Numbered from the whole stretch's first letter, positions 25,341 to 39,057 are shown. The stretch: DNA of 63,761 nucleotides, filler included, from Rhabdomonas costata (GCA_019059605.1; 57 parts of 57 records of this genome joined end to end with filler, not necessarily neighbours in it), one strand, 5' to 3'. Numbers and translations are program-made. Notes: generated by a model not told the origin, from the sequence alone.

Positions 25341-27429
25341 GGAAAAGTTACCCCCTATGAAGGGACAAAGGTATGGGCCGTTGCACGCGCATATTGCGCA
25401 CAATGAAACCACTAAAGGTTGGATGCAACATGGTACACAGCACGCAAGGGTCCCTTCACGGACACTAGCATGTCGGCCCACAAAGATACTGCTTGCGCCT
25501 GTCCACTTGTCCCCCCGCTCTTATATAGGCAAAGCACCTTCGAAGACATCCCCCGGTGTTTCGAATGAGTGAATTGCAAGTACAAAAGTATTGACAAAGC
25601 TTTGAACTGGTCCCTGCAGCAGCACAGGAAAGCCCAACGAATCAACGCACCCCTGGCACACATTTGGTACGAGTCCCNNNNNNNNNNNNNNNNNNNNNNN
25701 NNNNNNNNNNNNNNNNNNNNNTTAATTAATTAANNNNNNNNNNNNNNNNNNNNNNNNNNNNNNNNNNNNNNNNNNNNTGTTGTTGGGAGAGGGAGGTGAT
25801 CATCAGGAGAACAACAACAACAAATGCAACCTCCAATCCGTCTAGCTCAAGTTCCGTGATCAATCAGCTTTCTTATACAATATAGAAGTCTCACAGGCTT
25901 CGTCAACGCACAGTTAGCTCCTCTTCTCTCCTCAGTTGTCCGAGGGCGGGGGCAACAGCAGTGCGATGGGAGGTGTGGGGGAACACTCGGCTTGCCACGG
26001 CAGGGTAGTACTGGCACAACAGCCGCTCCGCCTGGGTGGGCGAAGGTCCTAAGGAAGGCACTTGTGGTGACGACAGAGTGGCAGTAGTGGCCAATTTCTG
26101 CCACACCCACACAGGACGGTTGCGACCGCTGGCCCCGCCGCACGAGCACACGACGCCGCAGTACAGCGCCCCAGGAAGGACCGCCGCAATAAACAGGTTC
26201 ATCACTTCCGTGAAGACACCCCGTGAGGGGTTAAGGTCCACAATATGCAAGGCCATGTGACCAGAGTCCTCCTGCCCACCCCAACACATTACTCCAGAGA
26301 ACGCCAAACAGAGAACGCCAAACAAAGAACACCATGCCTCGGACTTGGTCACGGTTTCGGCAATTTGTAGTGAAAGCTTTGATTTGTTGCAAAGACAGGA
26401 CGAAAAACAGGACGGAATAATCGTCTCTCGCCGTCGTTACTCTCCGCAGGCGATGGCTTGGCGGCAGCATAGCCCACTTCTTTGCGGGGATGCACTTTGT
26501 TCGTGACCCGTTGGCCTTTAAAAATTCTCGTCTCCAGTATTTGAACTATAATTTAACATTCGTGAGTCTTGGACAACAACACAAGTTGGGAATGCAGCAG
26601 GCCGGACAAGCTCAACCAAATTAATCAGGCCCTGTGTGAAGTTCATTAACCGGCTTCCTTTCTTTCTGGCGAGAAAAGAAGTACAAGAGAGATAAATTTG
26701 TAAATTTGTAGATGCAAAACAGACCAACACTGCCCAGGCCTTCTTCAGGGAAGGAAAGAGGAAGCTTGTAAGCCAGTCCTCCAGCGACGTGCTTTACANN
26801 NNNNNNNNNNNNNNNNNNNNNNNNNNNNNNNNNNNNNNNNNNTTAATTAATTAANNNNNNNNNNNNNNNNNNNNNNNNNNNNNNNNNNNNNNNNNNNNGT
26901 GTTGGTTGGTGTCCCATTTAAGGGCGTGCCCAGCATGCTCGCCCTTCCATCTTTGCCCTCCCTCTCTTTGCATCTATTTGTCGTTTTCTTTCTGCTGTGT
27001 GCTGGGCGTTACGTGAGATTCCCTCCAATGTGTTTCATAATACTTCTATTCCTCCTTTTCTTGTTCGCCCCCACCCCGCGGCCAAGCTATGGCTTGCTTT
27101 TTTTGTTTAATGTATTGCAAACTTCTCTGCTCTCTGTACTACCAGAACATAGACTCCTGGAAGCTTCCCAGTTTGGGCCGGAGCAGCGCCTCTCTCTCTC
27201 TCTCTTCTGGTGAGCGACTCAGAACTGGTGACAAAAACAAAGAAGGTGTCCCATACGATAGAAAAGGAGGGATCACCACCTTAATGATGTACCCTTGATG
27301 TTTGCTTTGCAAAAATATGCAGAAAATGTTTCGCTGCATATCCGTGGGACTGATAGGGTGGTGGGCCCATGAACCGTCCTCCCCGGTTGTCGCTCTTTGT
27401 CGGCGTTTTTTTTTTTGCAACCCAAATAG

Positions 27430-27670
27430 TGAGTTGTTCGATCTCCATTTGAAGTGGACTGCCTGGTGCCGGATACTGGGGAAGGTCGTGATTGCAGAGA
27501 GCCAGCCGATCATGTCGGATGACAGCAACAATCTCTGGCAGTACTACCGCATCGACCAGGACACTGGAGACAGGGTCGGCCTGATATACGAGCACGAATC
27601 GAATTCCATGCTAGCCTCCAGCTCAGGGGTCATCTCCGAGCCCGAGTTCTACCAATGGGAGAACGAGCTG
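27430..27670 (+). CDS. Probable exon, hypothetical (possibly an extracellular sensor domain); 5' boundary uncertain
   Basis: GC3-rich frame ...NNLWQYYRIDQDTGDRVGLIYEH...EFYQWENEL; donor CTG|gtttac. Confidence 0.45.
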
Positions 27671-30455
27671 GTTTACTCCCCATCTCCCCCCGCAATGCCC
27701 TGCCATCCCTGGTGCCCACACCGCAGCCTGCACCCCGATTCTCAGAAACAGTTTTGATTGGAAGCTTTTCAGCTTATTTTTATACCCAATTCCCCCTTTA
27801 TACCCATACTCCCTTTATACCCCGTGTCTGTGTGCGTGTGCTGGTGTGTGTCTGACTTTTTGATACCCCTGGTCCCTATTCTGTGTGTGCTATTTGCTCC
27901 CTTTCTCTTACCCAAAACCACNNNNNNNNNNNNNNNNNNNNNNNNNNNNNNNNNNNNNNNNNNNNTTAATTAATTAANNNNNNNNNNNNNNNNNNNNNNN
28001 NNNNNNNNNNNNNNNNNNNNNGGGTGTGGTGTCGGCGCGCACAGCACGGTGGATGTACGCGAAACTCCTCATATTGTCTCCGAACCTGCCCTGACATCAA
28101 GGAAAGCGTGGGGCCCTCATTTCATCTGCTGACGGCTCGCCGTTGGGAGGCTTACACCATAGTTTTGGTGGGAAACCAGACTGGGAACTTGCGAATCTTT
28201 GGCTATGGAATAGCCAGGGATCAGACTCGTGTCATGGCTTGAGCAACAAGTGAGTGTTTCAGAAAAAGTGTGCGTTGTTTTCTCGATGCACTTCCCGTGA
28301 TGGCCGCAGCACTGAAGCTGAAACGCTTCGTGGCAGTCGCCTTGTCAACGTCGATGTTGGACGTGGTTTGTTGCTCTCGTTGATGGGGGTACAACCCCCC
28401 CCCGCTTGTCCGTGTGGTACTTTTGTATCGGGGTGGTGGCATGCCAACGTGCCGATGTCCTGCATTTTCGGGGTACTCGGCATTTTCCATCGCCTACCCG
28501 ATCCCGTCATATTGTTCATTTCGTGATTCTGAGTTTGCACCAGTACCAACCGAAGGTGAAAGGTCGAAAACCCTGACCCTAAGGACCGGCTACGCAGCGT
28601 TTTGGGAGACGGAAATCCCCATTCAAAAAAACGCAGACGCTTGTCCAGTTTTTAAAAGTCATTTTTGCGTTCCGTGCTCAACTTTCAATCTTTCGGTGCT
28701 TGAGTTGAAAGCGAGTTGCCCCGTCTATATCTGTTCGACGCTTGGCAAGAACAAAAGTAATTACACACGCATGACTTATTTTCAAGCCCTTTCCTTCAGT
28801 ACCAGAACTGTTATCGACACCCATTTCAGAGCTGGTCTGGTTTGCTTAGAGGACAGCAAATAACATGAGGGTTGCACAGATGGACTTGATTCTTTGCATT
28901 ACAGCCTTCCCCTGAGCTTTTTAGCTCAGAGGGTGTGCTTTCTTTGCTTTCTCGGGATCTTCTTCTGAGTGCTTTGTGACGAAAAAGGGTTTGAGTCGGT
29001 TTCTTGAGCCCCAGCTGATCTGCGTGTGCGTACCAACCCCACNNNNNNNNNNNNNNNNNNNNNNNNNNNNNNNNNNNNNNNNNNNNTTAATTAATTAANN
29101 NNNNNNNNNNNNNNNNNNNNNNNNNNNNNNNNNNNNNNNNNNGAATTAGGGACCCCCCCTCCCGTTCTGGATATGCAAGTATATGCAGAATGGCGGTTCT
29201 GGCCAGGTGAACACACCATGCCCCACCACCCACATCGATATCGGGTATGAAATATAGAGGGTGAGAGGTGCATTCATTGATGTGCCTTCAATCCCCGTTG
29301 AACGATACCACGTCTGTAAAGCTGTCTAGGAGAGTGGGGTTTACACTATGTTTATTTGCTTATTTGCTTATTTGGCGAAGGGATGCTCTTGAAATTGTGG
29401 CTCCAGCTACAACCTTTTTTCCTTGTTCTGCTGGGCTTGAGACTGTTTTTGATCGGCATATGGCCGATCCATTTAGAGTCTCCAGCGACGTCTTCAGTGA
29501 AGTCTCCAGTGAGGTCTCCAGTGTGTTTTCTCCGGTGAGGTGTTAAATGGGAGTTTGGGAGCTTTTTGGTTCGTCAGGAATTCTCGTCAGGATTTTTACG
29601 TCCGTGCGTCAAACCTTGTACCACGAAAGGGAAGGAAAGAACAAGGCGAAGGAAACACTTTTCTGGTGACTGATACAACTCTCAATTTCAGTCTCTGGAG
29701 TTTCTCGGCCATATGGCTCCATGGGCTGCACTTCATCCGGGGCTGTTTACCTGTAACTGGACCCTCGCCTTGATCGCTGGAGGTGTTCTCTCTACCCTGG
29801 ATATCTTGGGTTGTCGGAAACGCAGGTTTATATTCATTTCCTTGTTTGAAAATCCACCTTTCGTGGCGTTGTCAATGGCGACAGTGAACCTAGACCCGCG
29901 GATACTCGTGGAGAACGACGGTCCGCCGGGTTGGGGCCAGCTTCTGTTGGCCGCCGATGGGGACACCACCGTCGCTCGCCGCAGGTGTGAGGCTCGTGGG
30001 GTGCGTTGGGCTTGCTTGCCAAGTAATTTGTAGTCCCATCGGTGGGCCAAGTCACACGTCACTTGTTTTTTTTACACTCTATGACGTTAACCTGAGTCAG
30101 TACGGCCGCACCGCCAAACCGCCAAAGGGCAGCCCTGCCCTCTTTTGCCTTCCCACAAACACCNNNNNNNNNNNNNNNNNNNNNNNNNNNNNNNNNNNNN
30201 NNNNNNNTTAATTAATTAANNNNNNNNNNNNNNNNNNNNNNNNNNNNNNNNNNNNNNNNNNNNTGTGGGTTTTATTGTGCCTTCGAGAGACCGCCATTTT
30301 ATGGTCCACCATGGGATTGCCAGCATCGCGCACTCACCCATGGTGGACCATAAAATGGCGGTCTCTCGAAGGCACAATAAAACATAAAGCAATCATATGC
30401 CTCCTGGGAAGCCGATGAGTCTGATTCCATGAAAGGGGGGGGGGGAGAGGCGCAC

Positions 30456-31177
30456 TGAGCCAGTTCGCCAAGTTCGTCGTCCAGAAGGAAGTTCTGCAAG
30501 GCGACGCACTGCCTCATCAGGTGGACTTGCTCCCGCTGAGTCAGCCAAAGCCGCGGGGGCATGCCCGGGGCACGGTCTTGATCGTACTCCTCCCACGCTT
30601 CCTCCCCATTGTCAAACACGCCCTAAACCGGCGGCAGCACAGGCTATCAACGTGGGAAAACCTCGAAACTCGCCATGCTCTCAGTTCAGAATCGAATGGG
30701 GAAGGGAGCTCTTGCAAAAACGTGACTCTCCATCACGGTCAGTGGCCAGCCGTTCGTCGCTGTACTAGCCCTTCCACTTGAAAAAAAAACACAGGCAGAA
30801 TGGGAACGTTAATCAAACAACGCAGCCAACCCAAAAAGAAAGCAGTTACGGGAGCGATGGCACACCCGTGCTTGTGCGTTCACTGTGGCTTGTGAAGAAG
30901 AAAAGACGGGGACTGAGGTTAGAGGTGCGTGGCGGTCACGTGGCCCTCAATGCGGCCTTTCGGAAAGGTTTAATGATCGGTTGCACAATGGAAGACGGTC
31001 TGGGTGAAAGGGCTAAGAGGATGAGAATTCGAAGGTAACGAGTTTGGCATCCTTACCGAGGCAGTAGCGACAACGACACTGGGGAGCGAGGGCTCGGAAG
31101 CGCCCCGGAACTGCCGCTGCAAGCGCAGCTTTTCGCGGCGCCGATAGCGGCTCTCCAACACCAACTTCTTCACGGTG
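30456..31177 (-). CDS. Two exons (31057-31177, 30456-30622) of a hypothetical protein
   Basis: Phase-0 GT-AG intron (TCG|gtaagg...tttag|GGC); donor CA|gtgcgc. Confidence 0.6.
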
Positions 31178-31550
31178 CTGCAGAACGGGAGGCGGTGTGA
31201 ATCAGACAAACAGCACTCAGAAAAGCGAGGCGAACGGCGAGGGGATGTTTTGGACAAAACTCTTCAACTTTATACCCACAAACCNNNNNNNNNNNNNNNN
31301 NNNNNNNNNNNNNNNNNNNNNNNNNNNNTTAATTAATTAANNNNNNNNNNNNNNNNNNNNNNNNNNNNNNNNNNNNNNNNNNNNAATCAAATTCAACAAT
31401 CCACTGGTCCTCCTCCACTGGTCTAAAACTTTGCCCACGCTGAAGAGTGGGCCTTGCGGAATTCGGTAAGGGGAAATGGGAGGATTCGTTCTTCAGAAAG
31501 GCGCAAACAAAGGTATCCAGCTCCCCATCATTCCCCCAGGTGTTGCGAAC

Positions 31551-32073
31551 CTGTAGCCAACGCCAACGCCCTCGGGGTCAGTCTCGGCGAAGCCCCAGCC
31601 ATCCACCAACCTGTGGGCACAGAAGGAGAGCAGTGAGCAGTGAGGGATTCCAGGAAGAGAAAACAGAACGTGTGCATCCACTTCGCGGGCATGCGCTGCG
31701 CACAGGATTGCGTCCGCTGAGAGCGTTTCCAAAGGAGGGCAATGAGGCACTTCAATGAAACAGGTGCAGTATGACCTGCACTTTCGGTAGTGCGGTGGTG
31801 CTGAAAGTGCAAGAAAGAAAGAGCTGCTTAAATTTTTGCCTGCTCGTGTGAGCAGAAATGTTTCAGGAGGAGGGAGCAGGGGCTTGGCGAGGCGAGGCGC
31901 GCGGCGGCTCACGCACTCGTGGGCGAGGTGGCTGGTGGAGATCAGCCAGTTCTTGGAGCGAACGAACACGGGGTCGTCGAACAGCGGGTCGGACTCCCCG
32001 GGCTTCAGGCACAGCTTCAGCCCCAGGAACAGCCGGTCCACCCCCTTGCCCGCGCTGGCCTTCTTGATGTAGT
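31551..32073 (-). CDS. Choline/carnitine O-acyltransferase, two C-terminal exons (31917-32073, 31551-31610)
   Basis: GKGVDRLFLGL...LFDDPVFVRSKNWLISTS and GWGFAETDPEGVGVGY; in-phase GT-AG intron. Confidence 0.9.
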
Positions 32074-32506
32074 CTGCACAACAGAAAGACAAACGAAAGA
32101 GAGAGAGAACGTGAGTGTGATGGGGAGCAGGGCAGCAACAAAGAAAGGAAAGCGATTTTCACATATTCGTTCCTCCAAAGAGTGGCCAAGATCACAGAAA
32201 GTCAACAGAAAGAGGCCCAGACGGAGGCAAAGGACGCACTGCTCCACTCTGTTATATTTTTAAATCACACAGAACTGACGCAAAAGTAGTGAACAAGGAG
32301 AGCAAAAGCACAACCGACCGGGCTTAACAGTGGAAAACAGAAACTGGACAGCACACCAGAACGGCTCAGAAGCATGTCAGGGAGGGAGATACTTAACAAA
32401 ACAACANNNNNNNNNNNNNNNNNNNNNNNNNNNNNNNNNNNNNNNNNNNNTTAATTAATTAANNNNNNNNNNNNNNNNNNNNNNNNNNNNNNNNNNNNNN
32501 NNNNNN

Positions 32507-33345
32507 CCTGCATTCCCGATCTGATTGTGGCTGACGTTCAAAGTGGTGAGGCTGGAAAAGTGAACCGAAGCCGCCATCGCTCGCATCCCCAGAGAGCCAA
32601 TCTGGTTGATAGAAACATCCAAGGAACGGAGGCTAGGAAAACGACAGGAAGCCGCAAGCGCTTCCATTCCCACATCCCCGATAGAGTTGTTTCCCAAATT
32701 CAAGAAAATGAGATTTGGGAACCCCCGCGACGCCGCAAAGGCCTGCATCCCACCTGCCCCGATAAAATTGTATCGCACATTTAAGCATGTCAGGTTGGAA
32801 AAGGAGGAAGTCGCCGCAAGAGCTTGCATTCCCGCCGCCCGGATCTGGTTGTTGTACAGATGCAGTGACGTGAGTTTCGGAAAAAGAGAGGAGGCTGAGA
32901 GAACTTCAAGGCCCACCTCCCCAATCTGGTTGTAGCCAACATTTAAAGATCTGAGGTTCGGGAAGAGTGAGCGAGCCACCAGAGCCCGGACCCCAATTTC
33001 CCCGATCCTGTTGCCGGTCACGTCCAAGGAAGTCAAATTAGGGAAGGTACATGAGGCAGGCACTTCCGCAGCACCATCCCCAAGAAAAAGCTCGAAGAGC
33101 TCTTTCCCTTTCACCGCAATCTGCGCCGCGGAGAGCCCCAACCGCATTCTTTCACGAGCACGCTTCATGTCCAAAGGGCCCGAGGGAGTTTCCGGGAGGC
33201 AAAGAACAACCTTCCACTGCGGAGCTAGAGAGTCGTCAACAACCGCTCGAAACTGCGTGCACACCAGCCGCAAGAGGAGCTGCGGCCTCCGTCCGAGGTA
33301 CCGGAAGCTGCACATCAATGTGTCGTCTGGAAGCGTAGATACCAT
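32507..33345 (-). CDS. F-box plus RNI-like leucine-rich-repeat protein, intronless, 3' partial
   Basis: LPDDTLMCSFRYL...LRLVCTQFRAVV F-box, then about seven 26-aa repeats FPNLxxLxxxxNxIGxxGxxALAAS. Confidence 0.9.
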
Positions 33346-33789
33346 CAATACAAAATCGACTTGTTGGGTCCACGGTGATAAAAGAGGAAGACACCACTGT
33401 AAAAAGCCGACTATCAAAACAGCTCTGCAGAGAGTAGAGAGCGGAGTCCTGATGAAGTCCTTTGCAAAATCATCAAATACATGCACTTGAAATCTATGGG
33501 GAAGGCAGAACAAAACAAAACAACACANNNNNNNNNNNNNNNNNNNNNNNNNNNNNNNNNNNNNNNNNNNNTTAATTAATTAANNNNNNNNNNNNNNNNN
33601 NNNNNNNNNNNNNNNNNNNNNNNNNNNGGTTGGCTTGCAGAGCTTTACACCATACCCCTATCCTCCGAAAGTTGGGAAGTAAAGCCTTACGCAGCTATGC
33701 ATCGGTTCATTTTTGTTACCAACGGAAAATTAATTGCTGACCGCCAACGCGTTGCCCGATTTTGTTCGCTCTTCCCTCCCCTCTGATAG

Positions 33790-34134
33790 GGCCCAGAGCC
33801 ATACGAGCCCGAGCCTTACGACCCGGAACCCTATGAGCCCGAGCCCATCTCCGCCTACCGCCCCTCCGCAGCAGCCGCTCCCGAGGGCGAGGCTGAAGAT
33901 CAGGACGAGGATGCCGAAGAGGAAGTTGAGGAGCTAGGAGCCTCTTCCTCGGCAGTGGTGGGGTCAGGAAAGGCGGTGGCTGTGACAGCGCAGGAAGAAG
34001 ATGATGATGACGAGGAGGAGGACCAGAGCTCTCTGGAGGAGAGCTCTGAGGAGGGAATGGAGGACAGCGATGGAGTGATTCACCGTACGTCCTTCATCCC
34101 TCCTCGCCGCCCTCCTCCCCTGCCGCAGGAAAGG
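33790..34134 (+). CDS. Acidic, Pro-rich disordered exon with three Y[ED]PEP repeats
   Basis: Acceptor ctctgatAG and donor AGG|gtatgg; open 345 nt. Confidence 0.6.
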
Positions 34135-34759
34135 GTATGGGTTTTCCGAACGAAAAAGAGGCTGTAAGCCGATGCCCCGACCACAGTCAACTTAAGGCAA
34201 GGGCACCAGACAACCGGCTGTAGCACACTGCCGGTTCCAACAATTCCGAAGCACGGTATTCTTTTCTCCTGCAATCAAAATACATTTCCACGATACAGCG
34301 ACAGAAGACGGAATTTTGAATCCAGGCTTCCTAAACCCATCCTATTCCGAATGGCCCGCGGAAACGTTCAACCGCTCGATTTGACCAGATATGGACTGAC
34401 AGAAGGAAAGGAAGGGCTTGCGCAGTGCTCGTAATAATAGCGTGCTTATTGCAAAACAAAGGAGGACGATAGCTGTGTTTCTCGTCACCTTTTCCCGCCT
34501 CCAAAAAGCAGCCAAAACAAAATGGGCTGAGAATAGCTTAAAAACAACCTTAAAAGTCCTTAGTGTGTCCAAGGAGGGTACCCAGGAGTACTTCAGACGG
34601 ACATCTCGTTTGCGTGAGATAGACCTCATTAGTGCACCACCACACCCCNNNNNNNNNNNNNNNNNNNNNNNNNNNNNNNNNNNNNNNNNNNNTTAATTAA
34701 TTAANNNNNNNNNNNNNNNNNNNNNNNNNNNNNNNNNNNNNNNNNNNNGTGTTTGGTGG

Positions 34760-35726
34760 GCAACCTGGACGAAGCCGCGGTGGCCGTGCTGGCGGCGCGG
34801 GCGCCACGGCAGCAGTTGCAGGTCCTGCTGGCCCTCAGCGCGATCGACCTGAGGGATGTCAAGAACCTCTCCGCGTACCTCACCAGCGTGATCAAGGTCG
34901 GCCTCATCTCCACCCCAGCCTGACCTTAGCACAAATCTGGGCATCTGGGTAACGTTGAGCCCATGCGGGATTGGCGACACTCACCTGACACTGGCAACAT
35001 TCCCCACATTTCTTCTTCATCGTGGCTGCATCTCGTGAAAGAGAGATGCCTCTGCGCGGTAAGTCATCCAAGAGGCACCGCCTCAAGTGTCGCTTGGTTT
35101 CTGCCCTTTGACATCATTCCGGCACTTTAGTATCCAGCCGCACGAAAGACGATAACTCAATGCTGCACTTTACACCTGATAATCAGGGATGTGGCAGCCT
35201 AAAGGGTGACGGGTCCATTTTTTGCTTTTTAAGGCCTTTTACGACGTAGCCGCAAGAACCTGAGGTGCCCGTTTTGGCCGTTTGCAGGCCTGCACACTGA
35301 ACCTTACCTAACCTGCACACTGAACCTAAGCTTTGGGCCGGACCTGCTTGTGCATGCCTAAGAGTGGAGCCCAGGAGTGCTCCCCACATCATCACCACTC
35401 CCCCTGTAAACCCATCAGGTTCACTTATTCAGACCCCTAAAAAAAAACTGTGCCGCAAGGCCCAGGTGCATGATCTCCCGTGGATGCAATGATACGCAGG
35501 AGCATGAGCAGTTCAACCAGGTCTGCCTGTGCTTCCTGGCCGGTCTGTGTGAGGACCCGCTTTGCGGGTACGTGCACCCCACGGGCACCCCAGGATGGGG
35601 CCTGTTGTGGCAGTGCTGGGGCATCACGCACCGTCAGCTGGACTACGCCTCCCTGAACTACCTCTGCAAGCAAAGCCCTGAGACCCGTGAGAGGATCCTC
35701 CTGCTATTCGCGCAGTCCAACCTCAG
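34760..35726 (+). CDS. Two exons (to 34896; 35500-35726): hnRNP-Q acidic-like domain, CCCH finger, second acidic-like domain
   Basis: LDEAAVAVL...DLRDVKNLSAYLTSVIK; CLCFLAGLCEDPLCGYVHP (C-x7-C-x4-C-x3-H); LDYASLNYL...RILLLFAQSNL; phase-0 GT-AG intron. Confidence 0.65.
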
Positions 35727-38700
35727 GCTAACCCCACCCGGCACCACCCCCTCAAACACATCCCCAATCNNNNNNNNNNNNNNNNNNNNNNNNNNNNNNN
35801 NNNNNNNNNNNNNTTAATTAATTAANNNNNNNNNNNNNNNNNNNNNNNNNNNNNNNNNNNNNNNNNNNNGGTGTGGTTTGATTGGAAATGTCAACCAAGT
35901 GTCAGTGATCTGTTTGTTCTCCAACTTGTATGAAACGGCCGTCGGGCGGCATGGAACGTATTAATGAGAATCAGTGGTTTTTTCTTTTTTGCGGATATTA
36001 TCCCATCTGCTTGTAACTAGTTCCTCTGCGGTGCGCTTCGCCAGCGTTTGGCTGAAAGAGCACAGCTTGTTGGACCACGTCATGCTTGTGCATGCCACCA
36101 CTGTGGAGGTGGTTGGACGCGGTAGTTTTTCGACCGCTGTATGTGTTTTTGTACTTTCCATTGTAGCCATTGTAGCCCACTGTACGTAGGAGCAGCGCAT
36201 TCCTCCACCCCACTCATTCCAGCTCACCGCATGTATAGAGAGCCTTTTTCCTAATTCGGTGCTTCGGTTCACCTTTATGCTGTGACCCAAGGGGTGGGCA
36301 CCGTGCAGTTGGAGATCCGTGATTCACTGTGGCTTTACCTCCTTTTCATTGCAGACAGTCATCTCTCCACCGTCAATGGATCCATGGATCCTTTTCCGAT
36401 TGCATCATCGTGTAGTATCCTTTTCTCTCATCAGTGTGTTACTGTTCTTCTGAGGGACGCGAGCCGCTTTTGCTGCCAGAATGGGCACCCTAGCTAGTGC
36501 TGTAAATCTCTGTACATCATATCCCCTTTTGCTCCTCCTCTACTTCTTTTTCTTCGAGTCGTTTGCAGGGTCGGGGTCAGATCTCCTCAAACCTTGCAGC
36601 TAGCAGCCTGCATCTGCATTGTCATGAACCTTTGTCTTTTTAGCTTCAGTTGGAGAGATGTTGGCGGATGACAGGTGAGCAATGAGAATTGTATTCATTC
36701 ACGAATTCGGAATGAGGAGATATACCATTTGCCGTGGAGTTGAATCAGATGATCACTTCACATCTGCGGATGAGATGAGCTGGATAACCGTTTAATGAGC
36801 CGCCGTCACACTGGCGTGAGGTCACAGGTTGATTCAAGTGATGGACACCGCAGATGTGAAGTGATCATCTGATTCAACTCCACACCAATNNNNNNNNNNN
36901 NNNNNNNNNNNNNNNNNNNNNNNNNNNNNNNNNTTAATTAATTAANNNNNNNNNNNNNNNNNNNNNNNNNNNNNNNNNNNNNNNNNNNNTTTTGTTGGGA
37001 GAGGAGAAAGTGATCGCTCTCTGGGCCACCAGATTCACTTGTGTGAACCCAGAGTCCACCGGCATAGCGTCTTAGAGACCTCTACCTGAGAAGGCCCTTG
37101 CGGCTAATGGTCCTTGTTCATGGGTTCGACCTCGGACATCTCAGGCTGAGAGACGCTGTCGGGCCTCCGCTCTTCCTCACGTGCGCGTGGCCCGTTGGCA
37201 CGGTGGCACGGTCCACCTCCATAACGGGAGCTTCCTGGTCATCTTCCGGCGGCGGCCTGCGACGATGGCGCCCGATTTGTTGGCCTGGTGTCGGGTTTGC
37301 GGTCCTTCCTGATAAGGAACGCTCATACCGTGGGAATCACATCCTACTAATGCTGGCTTCTGGCTGAGAGAGACCTCAGCGTCCGTGTTTGGTGGGTTTC
37401 CCCGGAGACTACCGACGGGGGCCGCCGTCAAACCCATAGATCCTTGACGCGGTGTGCTTGTGAGGCTTCTTCACACCTGCTGGCATTCAGGCATGTTCAA
37501 TGTATCCACATGATCGCTTCGGAGCCTTCTTACTTTTAAATTTTTTTCACACAAAAAACCGCAACTAACGGGAAAAAATACGGATATGACGTATTTATGC
37601 ACGTTGTTGTTGCCAATCACTACCGGGTCCACAATCCAAGTCGTCCCCGGATAAAAAATGCATCGGAGCGGTCTTGGCCAGTTTACTGGGGAAACGGCAA
37701 AAACAATACGCTGTTCAAAACACTTTTTCTTGGGAGCAATCTTATTTGATCTGTTTAATAGCTCGAATTGGACAAACAAAATCAAAGTGAAATCTGTCTA
37801 TTTTACAATCTGGCGTTGAAGAAACCCATGGGTTTTCCGTGGTGTGGCGTTTGTATGTGCGACCGTGAAGGCTTTGGTCGAAGCGCTTGACCTTGTACGG
37901 GCCGCAACTTTATCGCATTGTGTGAGAAAGGTGGGTGTGTTTGGCGATCGCACTCATTATTTTCGTTCCGAAATACAAAGGGTGCCCACGGTAAACCGAT
38001 GTGTTTCAANNNNNNNNNNNNNNNNNNNNNNNNNNNNNNNNNNNNNNNNNNNNTTAATTAATTAANNNNNNNNNNNNNNNNNNNNNNNNNNNNNNNNNNN
38101 NNNNNNNNNAAGAAGAGACAAACACACACAGATGCACCCGCTGAAAAATGACACACGCAGGTTACGGAAATGTGCACAGGGTGGAGACGTGATGTCACCT
38201 CCCGCTCGGCAGCACGAAAAAAGAATCCCATAAAACCCAACAAGAAACAAACCCGGCACTTCGTACACAGCAATGACGGCGACAGGGGCTTGCCACACAC
38301 CCTTCGCAGATCATATGCACAGGAAAAAGTTTCCTCACCAAAGGCCGCGGAAGGCGCTTCACAACTTTTCAGAATGCTGCTCGGAAATCACACAGCAGCT
38401 TTCACAAATCTTCCACGGAAACCCGGGACTCAGTGCCACCTTCAAAGGTCAACAAATGGAAGCTGCAACCCCGTGGGGTACTTCTCCATCATCGCTTGCA
38501 GAGAGGACTGCCTTGGCTGAGCGTCACCTCGCACCGCCACGATTCCCAGAGGCTGGCTGGAGGAAAGGCCATCCCCACGTAGCATCTTTTCCGGAACAGC
38601 AGAGACCTCCAACCCAATCCCAGTCGCTCCCGCGGTGACGGCACCATGACCCACGCGCCGTGAAGACGGGCTGGGAGCCCCATCACTGCGGCCACCCACT

Positions 38701-38949
38701 CTTTCCCCGGTCACTACGCTCCCGGTGAGGACACCGGAACTGAGACAACCAGTGCTTATCGTGGAGCCCAAGCGGGGAGCGAGCGCCGGCGCGAAAGCGA
38801 CCGCTGGGGTGACGACGGAAGTGCCGCCCCCGCAGCGCGCGGCATACCGGAGGAAGGTCTCACAGAGATCCTCGCTGGCAGTAGGCTCGAAAGAGGAGGC
38901 GGATTGCATCCACAGTCCCTGTTCAAGGTGCAGTAGTGAAGCTTGGGGG

Positions 38950-39057
38950 TTAGGGTTAGGGTTAGGGTTAGGGTTAGGGTTAGGGTTAGGGTTAGGGTTA
39001 GGGTTAGGGTTAGGGTTAGGGTTAGGGTTAGGGTTAGGGTTAGGGTTAGGGTTAGGG
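38950..39057 (+). repeat. Interstitial telomeric array (TTAGGG)18
   Basis: Perfect hexamer array with unique sequence on both sides. Confidence 0.97.

Noticed and set aside
35470..35726. Possible Integrator subunit 3 similarity
   Set aside because: Better explained by a CCCH finger plus an AcD-like repeat in phase with the upstream exon.
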